The notes below the pieces were generated by a model. The model saw only the letters and a list, made by a program, of their open reading frames with translations, searched no databases and was not told where the DNA came from. From contig OZ024750.1 in assembly GCA_964016885.1 (NCBI GenBank), positions 4,402,001-4,466,000 of the forward strand: a stretch of DNA of 64,000 nucleotides. The letters run 5' to 3'. The translations under genes were made by a program, and so were the position numbers. Source of the stretch: Eledone cirrhosa. Taxonomy: Eukaryota. The first letter of the stretch is position 1. Each line of letters begins with the position of its first letter. Positions 13,035 through 27,067 of the stretch are shown here, one piece after another.

Positions 13035-13113
13035 CAATATAAACAGTCTTATAAATAAATAGATACGACATACCTTTCAATCACCTTGCATTTGGGAGGT
13101 TGATTTGGCAGTG

Positions 13114-13202
<89 letters not shown>

Positions 13203-13206
<4 letters not shown>

Positions 13207-13392
13207 CGAAGGAAATGTGGTAAGGAACCAGGTGGACCATAACGCACCAAAGTACTCAATACTTGGGGTAGTAGAGTGGGTAATAGGAACCAGTAAGACC
13301 CCGACGGCTGAGCTCAAGCCGTTTCGACGGCTAATTCCAGAATTAGCCGTCGAAACGGCTTGAGCTCAGCCGTCGGGGTCTTACTGGTTCCT
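13203..13392. mobile_element. Family D (TA)n-embedded element with fold-back palindrome (half-HHR)
   Basis: Contains gaccccgacggctgagctcaagccgtttcgacggctaattc-ca-gaattagccgtcgaaacggcttgagctcagccgtcggggtc. Homologous to nine other copies. Confidence 0.7.
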
Positions 13393-13414
13393 ATATATAT
13401 ATATATATATATAA

Positions 13415-13547
<133 letters not shown>

Positions 13548-13573
13548 GATATATATGTGTATGTATACATAAA

Positions 13574-13648
13574 TGGTGTGCCAAAGGATTTATACACACT
13601 TCAACAGCATTCTAATAAATATGTGTATACATATTTCGGGGACACCCT
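13574..13648. mobile_element. Tiny Tc1/mariner-like MITE remnant
   Basis: Imperfect inverted ends ggtgtgccaaaggatttatacaca / tgtgtatacatatttcggggacacc. Confidence 0.35.
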
Positions 13649-13698
13649 CTCTCTCTATATATACAATAGATATGTGTTTATGTGTTTACATATTTGGG

Positions 13699-13752
<54 letters not shown>

Positions 13753-13779
13753 ATGCTTTGGGATAAATTCAGAAACGAA

Positions 13780-13837
<58 letters not shown>

Positions 13838-13957
13838 CTAACTGTGAGGAAGAGATGGAGAGAGTGCCATCATATCAACAGAACAAGTGTCATTTTACTG
13901 TTTGCCAAAATTAATGACGTTTTGTGAAGATTTCTTAAATATATCCATCCATCCATC

Positions 13958-14012
<55 letters not shown>

Positions 14013-14675
14013 TTACACATATATATATATAAATATATATATTATTATATCTTTTTTTCTTTAGTTTTTTTTTTTGGGGGGGGGGGGGGTTATTTATTTC
14101 GCACTAAAGCTATCATTTCTAGTATGGCGGGAAAATAATGAGTGAGAAGTCCCATCCCACATGGCGTTAAGAGCAATTAGTTTATTATGTTAAAAGGGTG
14201 CACTCAAGTGCATGAGACCTGCTGAGTATGTAAACGAACGTTGGGTGGCGTTTTCCCTGGTGTGCTGAAATAATATTTAAAGAAATATGAAAATGAAACG
14301 CTTTAAAAATGGTTTCTGTGAAATCAAATATCAAATTAGATTACCACTGCTCCGAATATGTATGTCATCTATGTGTGTGTATGTGTGTGTGTTTATGTGT
14401 GTGTGTGTATGTGTGTGTGTTATGTATGTATGTCATGTGTGTGTGTGTATGTTATGTGCGTGTGTATGTTATGTATGTACGTATGCATGCATGAATGTCA
14501 TGTATGTATGTCATATATGCATGCAGACATGCATACATGCATATATATATATATATTATATATATTTATATATATGTATATATATATATATATATAACAT
14601 ATATACTCACATAAATATACGTATATATATCTTATATACACACATACATATATATATATATACACATAAATATAC

Positions 14676-14707
<32 letters not shown>

Positions 14708-14725
14708 CTTATATACACACATACG

Positions 14726-14756
<31 letters not shown>

Positions 14757-14887
14757 TGTGAGAAAGAAAAAGAGGGAAAGAGTCAGATATATAAATTATA
14801 TAGATGCGTACATATGTATGTTCGTTGCATATGTGTGTGTATGCATATGTATATATATATCGGTTTGTATGCCTCGTTATTAGGTTA

Positions 14888-15078
14888 GGGCGGTGGATTG
14901 GCAGTATCGGTAGAGGGTCAGACGCCATGCTTTGACGCACAGAGTTACGGCCCTTTCCATTCTGAGTTCAAATCCCGCCGAGGTCAACTTGCCTTTCATC
15001 CTTATGGAGTCGATAAAATAAAGTACCAGTAATGTACTGGGTATTTGCTGGCCTTGTGCCTAAAGTAGAAACAATTAT
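14888..15078 (+). mobile_element. SINE A, full length
   Basis: Co-linear with 676-858, with A and B boxes present. Confidence 0.85.
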
Positions 15079-15916
15079 TTAGTCAGAAATGTTACTGCAA
15101 ACTTTCTATTTTTTATTTCAATTCTGCAGTTATATCTTACTCAAAACACATCCGACTGTCGTCTCATCATTACAGTCATCAACATCATCATCATCATCAT
15201 CATTATCATTATCATCATCATCATCGTCGTCGTCGTCCGAGTGTTCGTCGTCATCATCATCAACAACATCATCGTGGTTCTTCTCATCATCTTCCTCGTC
15301 CTTGTGGTGGTCATAGTCATAGTAGTGGTGGTAGTAGTGGTGGTAGTAGAGGTCATAGTAGTGGTGATAGTAGTGGTGGTAGTAGTGGTGGTAGTAGTGA
15401 TAGTAGTGGTGGTAGCAGTGGTGGTAGTAGTGGTGGTAGTAGTAGTGGTGGTCATTTAACCTGTCATCACCGACATCCTCTGTTATGATTCTCTTATTTC
15501 CGTTTAATAACAGTGTTCATTATTCCTGATGATTAATTGATATTTAACGACTATAACGAGACAGAGACATACATACAGACGACAGACTGACACACAGACA
15601 CACATACAGACATACAGACTGACAGACAGACAGATAGACACACAGACAGACACACGTTCACACATATACATGTATACACCTGTGTAGTGTTAATGTTTTT
15701 ATTTCATAACTCAGTGAAAATAATTTTCACATCCGGAGTTGGAACAAAAGCGTAATAGACCCAGTCTGATATCATAGAACTTTCCAGAACTATATAATAA
15801 TAATAAAAAAAAAAAAATTTGTCGATCGACTTTCGTCAAGTCGGACCGAGGAAACAATGTTTCCGTTGGTCTTTTCAATTGCAAATACTATCCATCGGTC
15901 GCAACTCCAGGTATAA

Positions 15917-16035
15917 GGAGCAACGTGAAATAAAGTGTCTTGCTCAAGAACATAACGCATCGCCTGGTCCAGGAATCAAACCGACAACCTCACGATTGCT
16001 AATCCAGTTCCCTAACCAATCAGCTACACGCCTTC
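15917..16035 (-). mobile_element. CORE-type SINE, head and core
   Basis: ggagcaacgtgaaataaagtgtcttgctcaag...ctaaccaatcagctacacgccttc. Confidence 0.75.
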
Positions 16036-16043
16036 ATTACTAT

Positions 16044-16125
16044 ATAATTGTTTCTACTTTTGGCACAAGGCCAGCAATTATCCCAGTATATTACTGGTAC
16101 TTTATTTTATCGACCCCATAAGGTT
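16044..16125 (-). mobile_element. SINE A 3' part
   Basis: Reverse complement of the SINE A tail. Confidence 0.75.
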
Positions 16126-16564
16126 AACAGTAACTAAATAAAAGGCCACGTCTGATATTCACCATCTTACACTCCGTTATATAATCAGAAATATTTAGCT
16201 AGCTAACTAAAAAGAAAATACTTTCCCTCTAGAAATGTAAACAAAATTTGGTTGTATATTTTAACTAATAATTATGAAGGTTGCCAGTATCTGAAAGTCA
16301 TTTAATTGTAATGTAACTAATGTGTGAGAAGACTTATTTCAGTCACATTTCGTTTTTCGTGTAATAGATTTCGGTTTTTGTATAATAAGTAATTACTCCG
16401 GCGTATGAAATGTTTTGTACCATCACTTCTTTACAGTCAGCTTATGAACTGTGCAACCCAGTTTCGTATACTGCATCCCAGATGATACAACCGGATTATG
16501 GAATTGTATCATGATCAGACCGTAAATGTACAACAAAACCGGTAGATATATATATGTATGTATG

Positions 16565-16882
16565 TGTGGTCCCGTAACTCCTGATAGAGGGCGCCGTAGT
16601 GACATACAACTTTAGTTGGACATTTTAAGCCTGGCGGAGCCCATCCCTCTCCAGGCCTGAGTATATCAGATTTCTTCCAGAGAAAGATAGAAAGTGAGAG
16701 AGAGGCAATGAGGAAGAGATATAGAGGAAGAATTGACCCCAGTACTAGACTGGTACTTTATTTTATCAACCTTGAAAGGATGAAAGACAAAGTTGACTTC
16801 GGCGGGATTTGAACTCAGAAAGCAGAGAGCCCGAACAAATACCAGAAAGAATTCTATCCGACGTTCAAACGACTGCCATTTC
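16565..16882 (-). mobile_element. Long SINE A variant with extended 3' tail
   Basis: Reverse-complement homolog of 61520-61770 plus 62030-62105. The tail also occurs at 31540-31690. Confidence 0.6.
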
Positions 16883-17835
16883 CCTTCCTTATATTATAGC
16901 ATGCAACGAAATAAAACAAGGGAAATGATATCATGGCTTTATTGCGATGTCATTGTTTTACTTTCAACACATGATCTCAGAAAACTCCGGAAAATAAAAT
17001 TTTATTGCCTTTTAAATTATTTATGAACTTCTAGCATCGGTAGCATCTTAGATTCCAAGGCAAACATTGAACAAGGCACTGAAGTGTCAACCAACAAACA
17101 AATGGGTCGGAAATAGTGGCAGTTAACTTCTTATTGGATGTAGAGAACTAACAGTGTGTTGACATTTCAATAAATATCACCAGCAAATATATATATAACA
17201 CTACGCAAACTTCTAAAACAGTCAAGAAGAATGATATTAACTGTAAATAACTAAAAAAAATACAAGTTGTTGGATCAATTTTGGAGACGAAATCATGTCA
17301 TAACAGACCAGAAACAGATAGCTTAGTGTGGTAATTGAATATTTCAAACTAGTTGTGGCCCACTAGCACGTTAGAAAATCAAATATGAATGTAATGCTAA
17401 ATCGTATAGTACATTTACTGTACTATTACTGTAACAAAAATACCCGAACAAACACAATCCGATGTTTAATCTATTTTAAAAAATAAAATAAGATAAAATT
17501 TATTTTATAAAGAGAAAAAAAAAAAATCAAGAAAAGGGGAAAAGGAAGCAACAGATGAAAACAAGCAAAATAAAAAAAATAAAAAATTAGAAAACAAAAA
17601 AGAAATTCTGTAGTTTTATTTTTTTTTATTTGATATAAGCGACTTCGATGTCAAATTTATTTAATTTTTGTTTTTAATCAACTTGTGATGGTTGGTGTAA
17701 CTTATGTTAATGTCTTCCTTATTAAATTGTGGACATTGCTGACATCATGTTCATCTTGTTAGCAGCGAATGTCAGTTTGTTGCTTTTATTTGTCTTCTTT
17801 CTTTCTTCCTTTCTTTCTTCCTTTCTTTCTTTCTT

Positions 17836-17869
<34 letters not shown>

Positions 17870-17871
17870 AA

Positions 17872-18110
17872 GTGTAGTGGATTGGCAGTATCAGTAGAGC
17901 TTTCGGACAACATGCTTCGCAGCATAGAGTTATGTCTCTTTACGTTCTGAGTTCAAGTCCCACCCAGGTTAACTTTTCCTTCCTACCTAACGGAGTCGAT
18001 AAAATAAAGTACCAGTAAGACACTGGATTCGATTTAATTGAATTTTCCCCTCCCCTCCCCTACCCCTTAAAAATTGCAGGCCTTAGGCCTATAATAGAAA
18101 TAATAATTAT
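17872..18110 (+). mobile_element. SINE A, full length (longer tail subfamily)
   Basis: Head, B-box, gtcgataaaataaagtaccag, and tail ccttaaaaattgcaggcc. Confidence 0.8.
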
Positions 18111-18143
18111 GTTTGTTGTCACTGTTGATTTGTTTAAAATATT

Positions 18144-18388
<245 letters not shown>

Positions 18389-18391
18389 CAC

Positions 18392-18426
<35 letters not shown>

Positions 18427-18429
18427 CAC

Positions 18430-18464
<35 letters not shown>

Positions 18465-18939
18465 CACATATATGCATATATATACATATATATATATATT
18501 TATTTGTGTGTTTTCTATTCTCTATATTTTACACGCTTCTCTGAAAGATTGGTATTTTTATAAGAAACTCTTCTAGAAAGAAGTGAAATCCAAATCCAAG
18601 ACAGAAGTCATAACGTCTGCTCTCCTCTAAAAAAGATCAATTTCCATCAACTAAGCTATAAATGATTAAATTGTGCGGAATTGGACATTTTTTTTCCATT
18701 TGTTTTTTACTATCTTAACTAAATTTATTTATTTTGATTTATTGTTATTATCATTGTTTTTATTTTTATTTTGGTATATTTATGTACCTATTTACATGCA
18801 TGTAGACGAAAAGACTTTTTGTAAAATTTTAATAACAGCTTACATTTTTTTTTGTGTGTTGGTTTATTTTCAGTAACATAACTCATTTTTCGAAAATGTT
18901 CTGCATTCCGCAAAATATCACTGTAGGTATATTTTTACT

Positions 18940-19030
<91 letters not shown>

Positions 19031-19122
19031 GGTGGTGGTGGTGGTAGTAGTAGTGGAACAGCAGTAGTAATGGTAGTAGTAGTAGTAATAATAATAATAA
19101 TAATAATAATAATGATAGTAGC

Positions 19123-19173
<51 letters not shown>

Positions 19174-19236
19174 GGTGGTGGTGGTGGTGGTGGTAGTAGT
19201 AGTGGAACAGCAGTAGTAATGGTAGTAGTAGTAGTA

Positions 19237-19276
<40 letters not shown>

Positions 19277-19283
19277 TAGTAGC

Positions 19284-19342
<59 letters not shown>

Positions 19343-19358
19343 CAGCAGCAGCAGTAGT

Positions 19359-19417
<59 letters not shown>
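18940..19417. repeat. Compound trinucleotide array (CAG/TAG/TGG/TAA) with a duplicated higher-order unit
   Basis: The block ...gtggaacagcagtagtaatggtag...taatgatagtagcag occurs twice. Confidence 0.9.
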
Positions 19418-20639
19418 AAGCAACAGCAAAGCTATTTGTCTCATTGTTGGTGTTCAAATTCTCTCGGGGTTGATTTGACTTTCTGTCCTCTTGGTACGAT
19501 AAGTCGTCGTAGTGAAACGAAATTATTACTCCACTAATTTTAAACTTTGCGACGAGAAGGAGAAAAAAAGGACTCTATGATCTACGACGCCATTTTGATT
19601 TCCAGTTGTATATATATGTCACTTCATTTTCGACGCTAATGTTCTCAAGGAAGTCATAAACTTCAGAAAAAGACATTTGTTTGAGACATGTTTCAATATA
19701 AGGAATAATGACTCTAGTCTATTGTGTCAAAATTACATCTGTTCTATATCTACTTATATTATTACTCTTACTCCCCACTCTTTCACTTTCTCTGTCACTT
19801 TCACTCGTTTTTCTTTTCTTTACCATGTTTTCTTGTAGTTCCATATCTAGCAATCTTTGAAGATGTTCCTTCCATCAATATGTAGCAACTTAATAAAAAA
19901 ACAAAAGTCACCCCGACGTCACTAACCACTCGAAATACATCTTCAAGGAATTTACATATTAGATCTATGTGATTATATAGTGCTGTGTTAGTTATTATTA
20001 ACCATATGGAAGAACTCCTGATGTGAGAATGAAGAGACATATAAGAATTCTTTCACTTGAAGTTGGAAGTAGCAATAATAGATTTCCGGTTAGAAAACAC
20101 AATAGGTTTTATTTAATTTTTATATTCATTCATTCATTCATTAATTCAATCATTAATTCGGATACGACATATTAAATTACTCGAGCCGCATCAGTGTTAA
20201 AGATGACGGTATAAGTTATGAAAAAATAACAACAACAAACATGTACATCAACAACGACTTGGTCGTAGTTTATTCTGTCTTCACGGAATCTGAGAGTTAA
20301 AAATAGAAAATTGTAGACTGGGAAATTCATATCTAACCAAATGTTATTTCTAAAGATGATAACTCGAAGAAGAATGAAATTCTCTGAAAACCTAAGCAAC
20401 AATGTTCTTATGAAAAACATTTAATTGATTTTGTTCAGAGACAGAATACAATTCATAATTCAAATTGCTGCATTACACATCAAAATAATTGCACTGTATA
20501 CCAAAATAGCTGTAGACTCACTAGTATCAATAGACTCACTAATATTACACAGTTGTTTGTGGTCTGACTACGTTCACCTTGTCAGTCAACACTGTTGCTA
20601 CATATCAACAGATAACAAAGACACAAACCAGATCACATG

Positions 20640-20765
20640 TCAGCTTTGATTTTCATCTTTCCGGGGTCGATAAAATAAAGTACTATTTAAGTATTGCGTC
20701 GATATAACCGATTTTACCCCGCCCTAAAATTACTGGCCTTGTGTAAAATGTAGAAACAACTATTT
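20640..20765 (+). mobile_element. SINE A body and tail
   Basis: ttcatctttccggggtcgataaaataaagtac...ggccttgtg...tagaaac. Confidence 0.7.
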
Positions 20766-20871
20766 AATTATAGACCAGCCTTGTTCAAGTTTACTTAGAT
20801 TTAAAGGCTTTCCATATGAGATTATCTACTCTTGCTCTGATATAGTGTATCTAGAATTGCCTTAGATAGAA

Positions 20872-20972
20872 ATAATTGCTTCTACTTTTGACACAAGGCC
20901 AGCAATTACCTAGTACATTACTGGTACTTTATTTTATCGACCCCGTAATGATGAAAGGCAAAGTAAACCTTG
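20872..20972 (-). mobile_element. SINE A 3' half
   Basis: Reverse complement of the SINE A body and tail. Confidence 0.75.
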
Positions 20973-21970
20973 AATATCTAAAATTATTTATGGGGTGAAA
21001 CATAGATGTTGCCAGTGTTCTTGGCCTCCTAAAGAACATTTTACTGGTACTTTTATTGTTGTTGAATCGAAAATAAGGTAAACCATAATTTAAGGAAAAG
21101 CCAGAAGGAATTTGAACTCAAAACATCGAGAACTCAAACTACATACAGTAGAACATAGAGTCTGCTGTAACGGTAAAATTAATTTTGTAATTTATTTATA
21201 AATAAAATATTTTATTTTCTAATTTATTTTTCTTTTGTTTAGAGAGAAATACCCAGAATTTAGGCATTTTTTCTTTGATTTTATTCTTATTGTTTTTATA
21301 GTTATCTTTTGTCCTTGCGGTTTTGGTGTTTTTTTTTAGTCACATGACTTGTCTTCCCCACTAGTTCTCTCTCCTCACACCATCTCTCCCACACATACAC
21401 ACATTCTCTCTGTCTTCAACGCTTCCTGGGCCTTTCACTGCTGTAATATTCATCCTAATTATAAACACTGTAAGCTATTAACGAGACATTTTCTTTTTCT
21501 TTCCTTTTTCAGTTGAACTAAATCTGCCAATCTGTTTCTACTCCTCTAGTAGCGTTTTGTTGAGAAAATAAACAACTGTTCCATCACCTCGCCACCATCT
21601 TAGTCCATCGATAACATCTTTCTCACATTCTTCCCTGCTTTCTCTTTTTTACTTTACCTTTCCCCATACTATCAAATGTCAGTCTCTATCTTTCTTTGTT
21701 TTCTATCTCATCATTTCTCCACCCCCTCTCTCTCTCATCTTTTCTCCCCCCTCTCTCTCACCTTTTCTCACCCTCTCTCTATCTCTCTCATCTTTTCTTT
21801 TCCTTCCTTTTCTCTCTCTAGACCCTCTCATTCACCCCTCATTCCCTAGACCCTCTCACCCCCCCCCCATATATATCCTCATTCAAACTCCCATTTTTGT
21901 ATATTTTAGTTATATTTTATATTTATATTCCCTTCACCAACTGCCCTTATTTTCATCTCCATACCACAAG

Positions 21971-22887
21971 CTCTCTGTCTATCTCTGTCTATCTCTCTGT
22001 CAGTCTATCTCTCTGTCTATCTCTGTCTATCTCTCTGTCAGTCTATCTCTCTGTCTATCTCTGTCTATCTCTCTGTCAGTCTATCTCTCTGTCAGTCTAT
22101 CTCTCTGTCTATCTCTGTCTATCTCTGTCTATCTCTGTGTCAGTCTATCTCTTTCTATCTCTGTCTATCTCTCTGTCAGTCTATCTCTCTGTCTATCTCT
22201 GTCTATCTCTGTCTATCTCTGTCTATCTCTGTCTATCTCTCTGTCTATCTCTGTCTCAGTCTATCTCTCTGTCTATCTCTGTCTATCTCTCTGTCTATCT
22301 CTGTCTCAGTCTATCTCTTTGTCTATCTCTCTGTCTATCTGTCAGTCTATCTCTCTGTCTATCTGTCAGTCTATCTCTCAGTCTATCTCTCTGTCTATCT
22401 CTCTGTCTATCTCTGTCTATCTCTCTGTCTATCTGTCAGTCTATCTCTCTGTCTATCTCTGTCTATCTCTCTGTCTATCTCTCTGTCTATCTCTCAGTCT
22501 ATCTCTCAGTCTATCTCTCTGTCTATCTCTCTGTCTATCTCTCAGTCTATCTCTGTGTCAGTCTATCTCTGTCTATCTCTCAGTCTATCTCTCAGTCTAT
22601 CTCTGTGTCAGTCTATCTCTGTCTATCTCTCAGTCTATCTCTCAGTCTATCTCTCAGTCTATCTCTCTGTCTATCTCTCTGTCTATCTCTCAGTCTATCT
22701 CTCAGTCTATCTCTGTGTCAGTCTATCTCTGTCTATCTCTCTGTCTATCTCTCAGTCTATCTCTCAGTCTATCTCTGTCTATCTCTCTGTCTATCTCTCA
22801 GTCTATCTCTCTGTCTATCTCTGTCTATCTCTCTGTCTATCTCTGTCTATCTCTCTGTCTATCTGTCAGTCTATCTCTCTGTCTATC
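21971..22887. repeat. Compound pyrimidine-rich minisatellite
   Basis: Mixed units gtctatctct, gtctatctctct and cagtctatctct. Confidence 0.9.
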
Positions 22888-22929
22888 TTATTATTATTAC
22901 TATATATATATATGTGTGTGTATATGTAA

Positions 22930-23003
22930 TACTCTTTTACTCTTTTAATACTCTTTTACCTGTTCCAGCCATTTGACTGAGGCCATGCTGGGGCACGGCC
23001 CTT
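22930..23003 (-). mobile_element. Short LINE/SINE 3' tail ending in (gtaaaaga)n; other copies at 27632-27688 and 45557-45623 (+)
   Basis: Three homologous copies of ggtgccccagcatggcctc...tggctggaacaggtaaaagagtaaaagag. Confidence 0.65.
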
Positions 23004-23074
23004 AAATAAGTATCATTTTAGTTATTTTCAGTTTTCATCGCCAATATACTTTCTTGACAGCTTCAAATATATAT

Positions 23075-23355
<281 letters not shown>

Positions 23356-23876
23356 GGCTGAATGTACTTATATATACATGTATATACATTTGTTATGTGT
23401 ATATACCGTTTATATTCGACTATTCCAGAAAAAAAGGGGTTGGCAGTACAATTTGATAGTTGTATATATATATAGGGAGAGTTTAACTGTAGAGAATCTT
23501 TGTAAAGTCATTTCGGTTCAGTGTTACTTTCAGAGGGTTGGTTTCGCATGGAATAAGAAGTAAACAAAACCCTGCTAAGACGGAGTGAAAACCACATAGT
23601 ATTAAATAAATAATGCCTTAGTCCGACGTCCTCACATTAAACAGATCCCTTCTCAGCAGTGTTCTTGTCAGCGGGTACACTATAGGTTGAGTCTAATCTT
23701 GTTAAGTTGTACAGCTGAGTTGTGTAATTAACGGTTAGGTTTAGGACTCATTAACGTAGCAGCAGGGGAGCTATTTAACCATGCTAATGTCTTTACAGTT
23801 GTCCCTACAGAAGAGAGAGATAGTGAGAGGGAGTATGTGTGTGTGTGTGTGTGTGTGAGAGAGTGAGAGAGGAAGG

Positions 23877-23943
<67 letters not shown>

Positions 23944-24033
23944 GTAAGATGGAAAGAGTGAGAGAGTGAGTGAGAAGAAAAGGCTACATCTAGGGCTCGT
24001 TTATACATATGTAGGTGAGCCAAAGTCAGGGGC

Positions 24034-24072
<39 letters not shown>

Positions 24073-24115
24073 CACACACAAATATATATATATACATACA
24101 CATACATGTATATAG

Positions 24116-24146
<31 letters not shown>

Positions 24147-24149
24147 CAC

Positions 24150-24272
24150 ACAATGAGGGTGAGGTAAGATACCAGGTGGACCATAACACACCAGAGTACT
24201 CAATACGTAGGGTAATAGAGTGGGTAATATGAAAAGAGTCAGGACCCCGACGGCTGAGCTCCGACCGTTTCG
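24150..24272 (-). mobile_element. Family D fragment
   Basis: Homologous to 13203-13330, with microsatellite flanks. Confidence 0.65.
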
Positions 24273-24334
<62 letters not shown>

Positions 24335-24689
24335 TGTGTGTGTGTATATATATTGGAAAATGTGTGAAATCCTTGGTAAGGTATATTTGAAAAAAGGAAA
24401 AGAATTACTTCATTTGTAGTTCTAAACAATTGGATTTAATTTTCTAACACCGTAGACTGTGGGGTAAGATTTCAAAGAGTAGAGAACAGTATCTCGTTAA
24501 GGCTCTCAGATGATGTAAGTTTTCATCAGTCACATCCCTAATTCCCTTGAGAAAAAACCTGAACATCAAAAATGGCTCATGTCCTCCATCTTCTTAAGTA
24601 TAAGGATGTATCTACTTACAATAGATAGATGATGAAATGAGATTCAACTACTAAATCAATATTGTGAAAAATATTTATTTAACAATATA

Positions 24690-24900
24690 GTCGAGAGGCG
24701 GTGCCCATAATCTTTGCAGGTCTTCTCAACCCTGTGAGACTGATACAGTTGATAGTTGATGCTATGTTTCAACATCTGCCAGGCGTCGTCTGCAGGAAAA
24801 ATCGGGGTTGGAAGGAAATTCCAGGTGTTAACATTTCTGGGGAAGAAGTATTAAGTATAGTTGTTAGTGTGGGACCTGGATGAAGTTTGGGTCGCGAGAG
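24690..24900 (-). mobile_element. CR1/Jockey-group LINE 3' remnant
   Basis: Translates to YFFPRNVNTWNFLPTPIFPADDAWQMLKHSIN, matching the FFPRxxxxWNxLP motif. Confidence 0.6.
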
Positions 24901-25271
24901 GAGTATAAATGGGTGAACCAAAGTATTCTTTATCTAGATTCAAAGATCAGACAATTTAATCGACTATATCCCTCTCCAAACAATTTGTGATGTGTAGAAA
25001 AATGTAAGAAATCATTATGTGAAAGATGTTACAATATGGGGAGTTAACGTTTTACATATTAACTTACATTTGTGATAGTTTTATTCGTTGACAATCGACA
25101 CCTAAATTAACCGTGGTTTATAACAAAACGTTTCCTTAGAAATCAAAACAAAAATTTTTAAAATGCTATGTGATTTTATTTAATATCGCTCCACGTAAAA
25201 CTACAGAAGAGCTCATAATATATCACCTTCCGAGATGGTGGGGAAAAGATGGAAGTAGATATGTATGTATG

Positions 25272-25320
<49 letters not shown>

Positions 25321-25321
<1 letters not shown>

Positions 25322-25700
25322 TATTTCTTTATTAGCCACAAGGGCGCACAAGAAAAGGGGACAATACAAAGACATGCCGGGGATTTTACATTTAGTCGTG
25401 TAAAAAATATAAAAACAAACAATTACAACAATCGAAATCCCCAATAGGGGAGAGGCGCTACAAATGGGTTGTTTAATACCCCGTCGATAGAACAACCCTC
25501 AACTCCAGGAGCGTGTTGTGCAAGTGCTCCTTTCTTCCTTTTGCTCTCTTCCTTTCCTACAGGCTTATAAACAGAGAAGGCCCAATCACTCGGGCCATTT
25601 TTGCTTCATTCACCCACCTTTCAGTAAATTTACTGGGGTGCAGTGCCTCTCTCTCCACCCTGATTCTCCTTCTAAAGTGATACTTAAAGAAGGGAATCAG
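25321..25700 (-). mobile_element. 5'-truncated Tx1/L1-like LINE 3' end inserted in (GATA)n
   Basis: An open frame at 25700-25557 encodes LIPFFKYHFRRRIRVEREALHPSKFTERWVNEAKMARVIGPSLFISL*. It is followed by a 3' UTR with AATAAA, and (GATA)n lies on both sides. Confidence 0.6.
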
Positions 25701-26754
25701 ATAGATAGATAGATAAATAGATAGATAAGATGGAGAGAGTGAAAAACTAATTAATTGTTCTTCATTTAAATATTTTATTTATTCAAAGTAAAACATAAAC
25801 ATTGCAGTCTTTTTGGTGTCGTGGATACATTTATCATCGTTTAACATATTTTTTTCACTTATATCCACTTTTAATGGTCTATCTTTATAATCATGTTTTG
25901 CTACGTTACCTCCTCGTATATGAAAGAAAAGACAAATGATCTCAATGTTAAGCTGAGGATAAAATTGAGAGGGAAAAAAATGGTGGAGATGGGTAAAATG
26001 GATAAAGGCAGAAAAAATAATAATAAAAAAAGATGGCGTTGACGCTTCGTTGATAACGACAGAGATAACAATAGAGTTAACAAACCAGGAAGCGATTTCA
26101 TTCTTTTCTTTGTGAAGAATTCCTCGCACAGGAAACGGTTATATCTACCGTGTTTGCATTCAGTGTTTTTGATCGTAGCTATCATTATTCAAGCGCTAAT
26201 ACACTAATACGTCTCCAAGGGAGTATATCCAGATGTAAAACCTTTTAATTCTCAGTTTGTTTTTTATTTGCTTCTATCATAATTGTATTTGTTTCTTAAT
26301 ATTCCCTTCAGTTATAATGTAATAACAGGAATCCCATACTTGATTCTGTTAAATGAATCAAAACATATTCTTTAGAGATGTTTCAAAAAGAAAAAAGAAA
26401 CTAAGTGTTAGTGAAATAGATACGAATGTAGACAGTACACGAAATTAAGTTGTTCCCAAAAGACAGTAAGATAGAAAAGTGTTTCTAAAGTCAGTATTAA
26501 ATGATACATCAAACATCTTACTTATACTTAATTGAAACTCTGTTACTTATGTTATAATTAAGAGAGAGAAAACGTCAAATAATCATGGAGAAGAGATTAA
26601 ATCCTTGGATTCAATCTTACTGATTCCGTCTTTAAATTCGTATTTCCGTAATGAGCCATTTAACATTTTAGAATAAACAAGGCCATAATTTCAGTACGTT
26701 GTGTGCTACATTTTGAAGGGTTTCAAAGTATTTCAAGAATCTTTGAAGAAATAT

Positions 26755-26955
26755 ATAGCTTAGTGGTTAGAGCGTTGAGCTTGCAATTGAGAAATTGTGT
26801 GTTCGATTATCAGACGAGGTGATGAGGTGTGTCCTTGAGCAAGACACTTTATTTCACGTCGTTACAATTTACTCAGATGTAGAAATGAGTTACGGCCTCA
26901 CTGGAGCCAAGCTGTATCGGCCATTGCCTTTCCCTTGGACCTCATCGGTGGCGTG
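26755..26955 (+). mobile_element. CORE-type SINE, older subfamily
   Basis: gcttagtggttagagc...ccttgagcaagacactttatttcacg. The tail is shared with 28020-28320. Confidence 0.7.
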
Positions 26956-26965
26956 GGTATATGTG

Positions 26966-26996
<31 letters not shown>

Positions 26997-27030
26997 ATAA
27001 ATATATATACATATATGTGTGTGGCTGTGT

Positions 27031-27067
<37 letters not shown>

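Noticed and set aside
19586-19597. AAAATGGCG (YY1-like or start-context) motifs on the minus strand here and at ~620, ~33960 and ~43915
   Set aside because: The motif is short and has no supporting ORF or other promoter evidence.
19824-19888. Possible 65-nt minus-strand exon (ttttataag|...CATG|gtaaag)
   Set aside because: Splice-like ends are common in AT-rich DNA, and there is no recognisable peptide or partner exon.
21897-22976. Longest ORF (359 aa, SLSVYL-rich)
   Set aside because: It is almost entirely a pyrimidine minisatellite that is open in several frames.
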